From assembly GCA_026388375.1 (NCBI GenBank), contig JAPLJX010000494.1, positions 1 through 40,811 on the forward strand: DNA of 40,811 bases, in the 5' to 3' direction. This DNA comes from Deltaproteobacteria bacterium (GTDB lineage: Bacteria > Desulfobacterota > Syntrophia > Syntrophales > UBA5619). The number at the start of each line of letters is the position of its first letter. The first letter of the stretch is position 1. The position numbers and the translations under genes are program-made. The notes under the pieces were generated by a model, which saw nothing but the letters and a program-made list of their open reading frames with translations, was not told the DNA's origin and made no database searches. Below, piece after piece: positions 1-7,373 of this stretch.

Positions 1-5
1 ACCAA

Positions 6-1481
6 ATGGTAAAGGGAGCAAAGATAATCGGCGAAATAAGCAGCACGGAAACATTAAACCCTTATTTCGATAAGCCCACGGACATTAGATATTTAGCCGA
101 TGATGACGAGACCCCAACTTCAAAAAGTCTATATATTTCCAATGTTGAATCCCTGGCTGTAATAGAAAATCATAAGAGACACGAAATATCATATCCACCG
201 ATCCCTGGCTCAAATGTATTTGAAGCAGACGAGCCTGATATGCGTGTAGCACTTGGTCTTAATGAATCGGGGATTGATATTGGCTATTTGAAAGATGGAA
301 GAGGCCTGTTTCTGAAAATAAATCATGATCGCTTGCTGCGCTCGCATACAGCCATTCTCGGACAAACTGGTTCCGGTAAATCATATCTGGCAGCGAAGAT
401 TGCCGTTGAATTATTGAAGATGAAAAGGAGTTCAGAAGTGCCGTCACGAGTTGCATCACCTGTTATCTTCGATAGTTCTGGTGAATATTCAGGTAAAAAA
501 GAAGATGTTTCTCAAAATAAAATAGCATCTGTTTTCAATATTTTGAATGCAAACGAATTTCATTTTCCTCTGCTGAATGAAAAGTTCCTGCCGATCTTGT
601 ATGAAATTTATGATTTCGATGACCGACAGCAAAGTGATTTAAAATATTGGTTTAAAAATCCCGATGTCGAAAGTATAGTTTCAAAAAATGACGATGTTCA
701 ATCAGAATTATTTAAACAATCGACTGCTATGGAAATAATTGCGAAATTTCATAAGCTAAAGATAACCTCTACAGAACAGTTAGCAAATGCACTTGAAGAA
801 CATCTTAAGGAGTACAACAAGCACAAGGGTACAGACACTATCAATATTCCATATAATATCATTAGCAGGATGAAAAATTTAAACCTTAGAATCAGGAAGA
901 CTTTGCCAGATAATGACCTTATTGAGTATTTGTCTAAAGGTTTAATAATTGATTTAAGCGATTATGACTCATACGAGGAGAGACAAATAGCCATCCTAAT
1001 CTTTCTGAGACAAATTTATAATTATGCAAAAGCTGTCAAGTTGAAGAATAAGGTTTTGATCTTCATTGACGAGGTTCACAACTACATCCCAAGCGTTTAT
1101 AAATCATTTTGTAAAGATGAAATATTAAGAATTGCTCGAGAAGGTCGAAAATATGGATTAATGTTGTGTTTACTATCACAAAGACCGCGGCGGGTAGATC
1201 CTACGGCGCTATCTCAATGTGGGAATACATTTATTTTTAAAATACAAAACGCTGACGATAAGAAGCACATATTTGATTCCGTATCTCTACCAGACAAACT
1301 ATTAAATGCCAGCATAGCAAGATTTAACGTAGGCGAAGCACTTGTTTGTGGAGACATAGTTAACAGTCCGCTGATATGTGCTGTTACACCGATAGATGAC
1401 TCTTTTCTTGAAGCTGAACGAAAGAGAAGCGCTGCAAAGTATCTAAGTGAAATTAAGGTATTAACAGATGCCGGAAATTAA
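6..1481 (+). CDS. HerA-like / DUF87 P-loop ATPase (FtsK-HerA superfamily)
   Basis: Walker A motif GQTGSGKS. Walker B-like motif VLIFIDEVHNY. The LLSQRPRRVD segment is typical of HerA/DUF87 ATPases. The N-terminus (KIIGEISS...) resembles a HAS-barrel start. The gene is very AT-rich. No stop codon lies upstream within the window, so the true start could be further left. Confidence 0.75.
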   Translation: MVKGAKIIGEISSTETLNPYFDKPTDIRYLADDDETPTSKSLYISNVESLAVIENHKRHEISYPPIPGSNVFEADEPDMRVALGLNESGIDIGYLKDGRGLFLKINHDRLLRSHTAILGQTGSGKSYLAAKIAVELLKMKRSSEVPSRVASPVIFDSSGEYSGKKEDVSQNKIASVFNILNANEFHFPLLNEKFLPILYEIYDFDDRQQSDLKYWFKNPDVESIVSKNDDVQSELFKQSTAMEIIAKFHKLKITSTEQLANALEEHLKEYNKHKGTDTINIPYNIISRMKNLNLRIRKTLPDNDLIEYLSKGLIIDLSDYDSYEERQIAILIFLRQIYNYAKAVKLKNKVLIFIDEVHNYIPSVYKSFCKDEILRIAREGRKYGLMLCLLSQRPRRVDPTALSQCGNTFIFKIQNADDKKHIFDSVSLPDKLLNASIARFNVGEALVCGDIVNSPLICAVTPIDDSFLEAERKRSAAKYLSEIKVLTDAGN

Positions 1482-1492
1482 TTTATTTATTT

Positions 1493-2053
1493 TTGAATGA
1501 GGATGCCGCCTTGAAAACCTTAAAAGACGCCGGGGGTGAATTGCGGGGCAAGGAAGTTATCGCTCGTGTGTCCCAAACGGTGCAGCTTGATCCATGGGAC
1601 CGGGAAGCGTACGAGAAATCCGGATATATCCGATGGATCTCCATTCTCCATTTCTTCTCGATCGACTGCATAAAAGCCGGTTTTCTGGTCAAACAGAAAG
1701 GGGTCTGGTTCCTGACGAAGGAAGGAGAAGCCGCCCTTGCCCTTGGTGAACGCGGCCTGCTCGACGAGGCCACCAAAGCCTATCGTGATTGGAAGAAAAA
1801 AGTCGGGGAATCCGTTGGCGACGAAAAAAGTATGGAAGAGCCGGTTATCGAGGCAGGGGCAAGGGCGCGAGAAATCACCCTTGAAGAAGTGGATCAACTG
1901 GCTTTGGACGGACTGAGAAAATATATTGAGGCGAAAACGCCCTATGAATTCCAAGACCTCGTTGCTGCGCTACTGCGCGGCATGGGTTACTCCGGCGATG
2001 GAAGCCGGGATCGCGGATCATGTGTGGACGTTGGAGGAAATTGCGAAACTTAA
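1493..2053 (+). pseudogene. mrr: Mrr-family restriction endonuclease, 3'-truncated (N-terminal winged-helix domain plus only the first residues of the catalytic domain)
   Basis: The Mrr_N-like N-terminus is present (ALKTLKDAGGELRGKEVIARV...). The linker ends in PYEFQDLVAALLRGMGY, the canonical entry into the Mrr catalytic domain. The frame then runs into unrelated sequence and stops about 20 codons later. The only available start is TTG, 11 nt after the HerA stop. Confidence 0.6.
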
Positions 2054-2060
2054 AAGCTAA
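1992..2060 (+). mobile_element. Remnant of a transposase 3' end (C-terminal tail only, IS family not assignable)
   Basis: The +1 frame relative to mrr reads PAMEAGIADHVWTLEEIAKLKS-stop. I recognise the xGxxDHVWxxEEI tail as a recurrent C-terminus of bacterial IS transposases. No upstream transposase body is present. Confidence 0.4.
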
Positions 2061-2497
2061 GGATTGGCTCCCTTTTGGGTTGTCAGCAGTTTTCTTTGAC
2101 TCGCAAGGATGTCATCCCCGTTACATCGAATTAGACAATTAACGATCTGATTAACTGAAATATAATCAAGCTTACCAACGAGTTTCATTTCCTTACTTAT
2201 TCCGCTCTTTACAATAAATGAAGGTTCAAACTCGTATATTTCGTGCAATTGTACCCACGTATTGCAGGTGAAACACTGCTTGCCATTGCACGGGATAAAG
2301 AATACCTTATGACTATGAATGCAACCAGGCGTTTGTGGCTTTCTTTTTTGTTGGGATGTTGTTTTTGCGAATAGATATGGATCTTTTGGCGATGGTGAGT
2401 TTAATAAAATAATTAGCTTTTCACCAAATTCACCATCTGCGAATTTAAATTTATTGTGGAAATAAACTGTTCCTCTCAATGTCTTTATCAATACCAA
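2057..2497 (-). CDS. Toxin candidate partnered with the Panacea antitoxin; N-terminal part is PemK/MazF-like, with an internal Cys cluster
   Basis: It lies immediately downstream of the DUF4065 gene and overlaps it. LRGTVYFHNKFKFADGEFGEKLIILLNSP...FAKTTSQQ resembles the MazF/PemK pattern (G-x-[IV]-[YW]...RP-x-[LIV][LIV]...[IV]-T-[ST]). It contains C-x10-C-x4-C-x2-C (CIHSHKVFFIPCNGKQCFTC). Only TTG starts are available, at 2497 or 2479. Confidence 0.45.
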   Translation of the reverse strand: MVLIKTLRGTVYFHNKFKFADGEFGEKLIILLNSPSPKDPYLFAKTTSQQKRKPQTPGCIHSHKVFFIPCNGKQCFTCNTWVQLHEIYEFEPSFIVKSGISKEMKLVGKLDYISVNQIVNCLIRCNGDDILASQRKLLTTQKGANP

Positions 2498-3038
2498 ATA
2501 TTTCGTACATTTCGTCTATTTCATTTCTGATATCACATGCATCTTCGGCGCAAAGACACTCCTTTGAGCCATCAATGGCAAGTAAGTAATCTATTTTTTG
2601 GTACATTCCTTTATGCTTTAATGTCGTATCCCATGGCTGATGCTTCAAGTGAGATATTTCAGTCATGTCTTCAGCTCTTGCATCGCGGAAAATATAGGCT
2701 ACTTTTTCTAATAGCTGAAGCTGCTTTGGGGCAAAGTGCTCGTTTTCGAATTTTTCTTTTGCTTTTATTAGATTAATTTTTTCAAGCGGTACAATTGCAA
2801 TCGCCGCAGATAAATCCGCTTTCATCGATGATAATTCTTCATACAATTTTCGAGGAACTGGGCCTCGTTCCCACGTCTCATATTCCAACCCTGTAATCGT
2901 TTTTCCTGTCTGCTGAAAATAAAAAAAATCAAAGAAATACAGGAGTTTCATCAACTTTGTTTTACCGCAGTACTTTGTGTTTTTCGCAAAATATATAATT
3001 GCGTTAATGAGACGTTCTCTTTGGTGGGTAACTATCAT
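2451..3038 (-). CDS. Panacea-domain (DUF4065, SocA/PanA-type) antitoxin
   Basis: The N-terminal signature LINAIIYFAKNTKYCGKTKLMKLLYFFDFFYFQQTGKTITGLEYETWERGPVP is characteristic of DUF4065/Panacea proteins. Confidence 0.8.
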   Translation of the reverse strand: MIVTHQRERLINAIIYFAKNTKYCGKTKLMKLLYFFDFFYFQQTGKTITGLEYETWERGPVPRKLYEELSSMKADLSAAIAIVPLEKINLIKAKEKFENEHFAPKQLQLLEKVAYIFRDARAEDMTEISHLKHQPWDTTLKHKGMYQKIDYLLAIDGSKECLCAEDACDIRNEIDEMYEIFGIDKDIERNSLFPQ

Positions 3039-3044
3039 TTATAA

Positions 3045-3578
3045 GTGAACCCTAATAATATTAAATGGTTAGAAAATGAGGACTTGCTCGATTTCAACAG
3101 ACGCTTTATGGGCACGAATACCCTGCATTTGTCAAGCACTTTTTGTGGTAATGGGCGCAAACTGACCCATTACCCACCACCGAACATCGATGCCGGTGAG
3201 GGGGTCAGGATGATGTTTTCTTCCATGCAGGCCGTCGGCCTCTATCCACCCCTTTACCTTTCTTCTCCCTATCTGGAGCAGGATGCCGTCATGGTCACGC
3301 TCTTGAATGAAGAGCGTCCTGCCGTATGGGAACAGGTCAGCGACTGGATTGATCGCAACGGTTCCATCAGCAACCGTGAGCTACGCCGTATTGCCGGGAT
3401 AGAGACGCTCAGAGCTTCAAAGATGCTAAAGAAATGGGTGGTCGCCGACATGCTGGTGCCTGATACGAGCAAGGGGAAGCGGGGAACGAAGTATATGAGG
3501 GTGGGTGGCGGCTATGTACAGCAATCTTTTCTTTCATTATCCGAGCTGGCGGATAATAAACAGACCGCGAACGAATAA
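3045..3578 (+). pseudogene. C-terminal fragment of a COG2865-type (AlbA_2/Schlafen plus HATPase_c_4) putative transcriptional regulator / RecG-like protein
   Basis: GEGVRMMFSSMQAVGLYPPLY is followed by a wHTH-like segment (GSISNRELRRIAGIETLRASKMLKKWV), matching the C-terminal third of that family. The N-terminal AlbA_2 domain is absent. The GTG start abuts the divergent PanA start 7 nt away. Confidence 0.5.
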
Positions 3579-3619
3579 CTCAATAAAACATAATACTTGT
3601 GGTTCAGTTTATTATCCGC
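3549..3619. repeat. Perfect 13-bp inverted repeat (GCGGATAATAAAC / GTTTATTATCCGC) with a 45-nt spacer
   Basis: Read directly from the sequence: arms at 3549-3561 and 3607-3619. The repeat straddles the stop codon of the regulator fragment. Confidence 0.7.
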
Positions 3620-3907
3620 TCGCAAAAGCTGCCGCATTGTTGGCAGCCGCCGGACTTCGCAGTGGGTATTGGTTGAGGATGATAAACAATAAAATGAATC
3701 AGGCTTATCAATAAGCTTTGCAGGCGATTCAAAACAAACCTAATTATTCAAATGTGATACATTTGTTAAACGCGATATCTGAAGGCTGGATTAAACAATT
3801 CGACTAACAATAAACCCTGCCGGGAAAGTTTCATCACGTTTGCCTTGGGCGCAGCGGGATGAGAGCTACCAGGAAAAGATACGGCAGGAAAACGGGCGGC
3901 TGGAAAT

Positions 3908-3939
3908 AAAAAAACCCCAGTCTTAACGGCGACTGAGGC
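3908..3939 (-). terminator. Rho-independent terminator candidate (minus strand)
   Basis: The minus strand reads CCTCAGTC-GCCGTTAA-GACTGGGG followed by TTTTTTTATTT. The stem is 8 bp with one mismatch. It lies downstream of the minus-strand operon that ends at 4285. Confidence 0.5.
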
Positions 3940-4284
3940 ACAGCCACGGTCCTAAACCTTAGGTAAAGGGCCACCAGCCTTTCGGCTTGATTGTCATTTT
4001 ATAGATTGCGGAACGAAAATCAAGGTTTTTTTAAACCAACAAGAAGCGTTATGAGAAAAGACTCTATAAACCAGCGACCGCCTGTTGAGGCGGTCCTCGA
4101 GCTCCTTCTACCTCCATTGGTAGATGAGTTGGCTATTTTATGAACCAGATTGCTATCCTTTGTCAAGAAGTTTGCATATGCAGTGGTGGCAACGGGTGAA
4201 GATGAAGTAGGTTGAAAAAGATGGACACCAATGTTTAGGTAAGAAACCAAGACGGGGGTGTGAAAATGCCTTAGATTTCCATGG

Positions 4285-4929
4285 CTACACTCCGGATATG
4301 GGAAGCCGTTCGTAGGTGCCGGCCTCTCCGTCGTACAGTGCGCATTCCCCGTCGTTGGCCGCGCCGGCGATGAAGATATATCGTCCGGTTCGTTCCAGGA
4401 TCACCGGCAGCCCCGGCGGGACCGGCTCCCTCGTCACACGCCCGTTTTCCTTCCGGAAGAGAATCGGGAGGTGCGAATGGCCGCAGAAGAGGATCCGGAA
4501 ATCCGCCTCATTGAAGAGCTCTTCCGCGCGCAGGGTGTTTCCCCGGTCGATCGGTTCGTAGAAGGCGCGGAGCGTGTCGAAGGGGAGCGAATGGGCGAGG
4601 CGGATGTCGCCCAGCGAGCGGACGACAGGCACGTTCCGCAGAAATGATAGCATTTTTTCTCCTTCGGCGTCGGCAGGGCGGCGTTCATCGGCCAGCATCT
4701 TCTCGAAGAAAAAGTCGTTGTTCCCTTTGACGGCGAGGACGTCGTGTTCCAGAAGGAGGTCGATCATCGCCTCCGCCCGGTCGTGGCGGATGGAATCGCA
4801 GAAGTCGCCGAGATGGACGAGAAGGTCGACGCCGCGCCCCTTCAGCAGGCGGATCGCCTCCGCCGTGGTCTCCCGGTTGCCGTGGCTGTCGGCGATGATG
4901 CCGATCCGTTTCCGATCAAGGCCCGTCAA
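4285..4929 (-). CDS. Metallophosphoesterase (calcineurin-like, YfcE-type)
   Basis: Motifs IADSHGN, HLGDF, GNND and GHSH are present. TTG start preceded by GAGGGGG. Confidence 0.85.
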   Translation of the reverse strand: MTGLDRKRIGIIADSHGNRETTAEAIRLLKGRGVDLLVHLGDFCDSIRHDRAEAMIDLLLEHDVLAVKGNNDFFFEKMLADERRPADAEGEKMLSFLRNVPVVRSLGDIRLAHSLPFDTLRAFYEPIDRGNTLRAEELFNEADFRILFCGHSHLPILFRKENGRVTREPVPPGLPVILERTGRYIFIAGAANDGECALYDGEAGTYERLPISGV

Positions 4930-4966
4930 ATCTTTTCCCCCTCATGGGCGGTTTAAGGCACCGGGA

Positions 4967-5782
4967 TCATTTCTTTTCCGGCTGCTTTGCAAAGGCCTGG
5001 ATCAGCTTGAAAAACTCTCCGGAGAAGACCATCAGCGCCTGGTTGCGGTTCTCAAAGTCCACGGCCTCCGTTAGAGACTGCGCATCGATGTTCCGGTCGA
5101 GAGCCCGCTTGGTCAGCCTGAGGCCTCCGGGGCTCTTGGCAATCATCTGCCGGGCGCAGGCGAGGGCGGTTTCGATCAGGGCCTCCGCCTGGACCGTGCG
5201 GCTGACCAGGCCGATCCGCTCCGCCTCCTCGGCATGGACCTTCCGGCCCGTGTACAGGATCTCCGACGCGCGGGAGAGGCCGACGAGGCGGGGCAGGAAG
5301 TAGGAACTTCCCAGCTCCCCGGCGGAGAGGCCGATGTTGATGAACGAGGCGATGAAATAGGCCCCGGGCGACACGAACCGGACATCGGAGGCGAGCGCCA
5401 GACAGAAGCCCGCCCCCGCGGCGGGGCCGTTCACTGCCGCGATCACCGGCTGGGGGATGGCCCGAAGACCGAGGACCAGGCGTCCGTAGCGCTCCTGCGC
5501 GAGCCGGAGGTAGCGTTCCGGATCGGCGAAGGCCTCCGTCTGCCGGTGGTCCGTTACGTCGCTCAGATCCGCCCCCGAGCAGAAACCCCTTCCTGCGCCG
5601 GTCAGGATCAGAACCCGGATCGTCTCGTCCTGGGCGATGGCTTCAAAGAGCGTCTCGAAATCCTGGACCATCGCCGGGTTGATGGCGTTGAGCCGTTCCG
5701 GCCGGTTCATGGTGACCATTCCCACGCCGGGTTCGGCCTCGCTGAATGTCAATGTCGTGAACATCTTCGTATCCATCGTCAA
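4967..5782 (-). CDS. Enoyl-CoA hydratase/isomerase (crotonase family)
   Basis: NRPERLNAI and GAGRGFCSGADL are present, with a crotonase-fold pattern throughout. SD AAGGAGG lies upstream of the TTG/ATG start. Confidence 0.9.
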   Translation of the reverse strand: MTMDTKMFTTLTFSEAEPGVGMVTMNRPERLNAINPAMVQDFETLFEAIAQDETIRVLILTGAGRGFCSGADLSDVTDHRQTEAFADPERYLRLAQERYGRLVLGLRAIPQPVIAAVNGPAAGAGFCLALASDVRFVSPGAYFIASFINIGLSAGELGSSYFLPRLVGLSRASEILYTGRKVHAEEAERIGLVSRTVQAEALIETALACARQMIAKSPGGLRLTKRALDRNIDAQSLTEAVDFENRNQALMVFSGEFFKLIQAFAKQPEKK

Positions 5783-5873
5783 TGAAAACCTCCTTGGCCA
5801 GGTAAATCGTCATTCCTGATGACAAAGTGGGTAGATTTTCAAGCTCTCGATTTCGTAAGAAATCGTCAACCGA

Positions 5874-6332
5874 TCAGCCTTTCAGGACCGTCAGGATTTC
5901 CCCGATATCGGGAAGCTGCTTGATCGGATATACCTTGACAAACATGACCTTTCCCGCTTCATCGATGATGATGTTGGCCCTTTCCGAAAACCCTTCAACC
6001 CGCAGGATCCCCAGGGATTTGGCCACCCCCCCGTGGGGCCAGAAATCGGCGAGGAGCCTCGTGTTTTTGATTTTCAGGCTTTTGGCCCAGGCCGCCTTGC
6101 AGGGAACGCTGTCGATGCTCAGACCTACGGCCACGGTGTTGAGCCTATCCAGGGCCTTTTTGCTTTTTTCCAGGGACTGCATCTGCAGGGCGCAGACGGG
6201 CGTCCATGCCAACGGATGAAAGGAGAGCAGCACCCGTTTCCCTTTGCAATCGGCCAGACGGAAATCCTGGCCGCTCTGGTCCTTCAGCTTGAAATCCTTC
6301 ACTTTCCTGCCTTTTTTTACCGCTTCAGCCAT
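5874..6332 (-). CDS. Peroxiredoxin (AhpC/TSA, Bcp-like)
   Basis: FHPLAWTPVCALQ contains the peroxidatic TPVC motif. SD AAAGGAGG lies 6 nt before the ATG. Confidence 0.85.
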   Translation of the reverse strand: MAEAVKKGRKVKDFKLKDQSGQDFRLADCKGKRVLLSFHPLAWTPVCALQMQSLEKSKKALDRLNTVAVGLSIDSVPCKAAWAKSLKIKNTRLLADFWPHGGVAKSLGILRVEGFSERANIIIDEAGKVMFVKVYPIKQLPDIGEILTVLKG

Positions 6333-6751
6333 GACGAACCTCCTTTCCGTTTAAGGTGTTCATTTCGATAATCACTGAATAACATCAATCCCCTTGATGA
6401 GCAACCGTTTATATTCATTTCCGCTCCGTCCATGCCTCGGGTTCGGATATTCGGTAACATCGAATTATGAGTCAACGAGTGTGCCACGATGTTGAGGCGG
6501 ATCAGCTTCGCCTGCACATTTTGTTCACGAACCATCGCTTCTCCCTCCTTCAGCACCGATAATAAAATGCAATCCCAAAATAATGCGGCGCACCTTTGTC
6601 GCTCTGGTCTGGAATTATCAAAGAAAAACGCCTAAGGCCAAGACAAAAGAGGGAAAGGAGGAATAACCCAAACAGAAAATTGCCGAGTACTCCTGTAAAA
6701 ATTTTCCTCTGTGTGTAATTTTTTTCTTGACAATAAGAAATTTGTTATTTA

Positions 6752-6786
6752 GCATATAACACAACAGTATCATAATGTGACATTTC
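6752..6786 (+). promoter_or_regulatory. Copy A of a 35-bp motif (27/35 identical to copy B), next to a TTGACA -35-like box at 6727; candidate operator/promoter
   Basis: GCATATAACACAACAGTATCATAATGTGACATTTC compared with copy B. The adjacent sequence TGTTAT-N7-ATAACA is an inverted repeat. Confidence 0.4.
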
Positions 6787-7335
6787 AATAGTGAATTACC
6801 CCGCGCACTGGGCGGGGTATCTCAAAAAACTTGATGAGGGGATTGCATCCCCGTACCCCCGCTCCGCATTCATCCCCGTTCACAGAACGGGGTATTCTGC
6901 GGGAGGATTTCATAATATTATTGTAACTCTTTGGTTTTCAATAAGGATAACGTATTTAAGAGGAATGGGCCTTCTTCTGTCGACAAAAATAAGGAGCTGC
7001 AGCCATTTCCCGCGAGGGTGCTAGTTCCTGATCAAAGAGGGTCCAGGAAGAATGCATTTCAAAATGCCTGTGGCGGTGGGGAGTCTTTACTGAAGAGGCG
7101 CAACGCATCGACAAATTCAGATTGAGGAATTGCTTGGGGCAGGCAGTGCTGATTTACTTATCTACTTTGAATTGAGGTGATTTAAGAGTGCGCCACCCAC
7201 GGCTTAACCTGTTCATCGCAACTATCGAACCCATCAGGCCGGGCAGAAAATATCCAAGGAAACAATACGCCCAGAAAAAGGGCTTCTACCACTGTTATAA
7301 ACCGATTCGTTAAGCCAATGACATTGAATATAACA

Positions 7336-7370
7336 TGGTAGTTTCATAATGTGAAATATCGCTGGAAAGA
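7336..7370 (+). promoter_or_regulatory. Copy B of the 35-bp motif, ending 3 nt before the IclR start codon; candidate operator / -10 region
   Basis: GAATATAACATGGTAGTTTCATAATGTGAAATATC contains a CATAAT -10-like hexamer. Confidence 0.4.
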
Positions 7371-7373
7371 AAA

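Noticed and set aside
1483-1954. Minus-strand ORFs 1483-1776 and 1520-1954 overlapping the mrr fragment
   Set aside because: The plus strand shows the Mrr N-terminal domain and linker signature. The antisense products have no recognisable motifs.
3549-3619. Possibility that the 13-bp inverted repeat is an integron attC site
   Set aside because: The arms do not fit the RYYYAAC / GTTRRRY core-site consensus, and no integrase or cassette array is visible.
4020-4250. 76-aa minus-strand ORF in the gap downstream of the phosphoesterase gene
   Set aside because: It has a TTG start, no SD, and a Ser/Thr/Gly-rich product without features. The region is treated as non-coding (see the finding at 3620-4284).
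6791-7125. Plus-strand ORFs 6791-7024 (77 aa) and 6931-7125 (64 aa) in the region upstream of iclR
   Set aside because: They have non-ATG or weak starts and no SD. The first is made of the GC hairpin sequences themselves. They are more plausibly structured or regulatory DNA than coding sequence.
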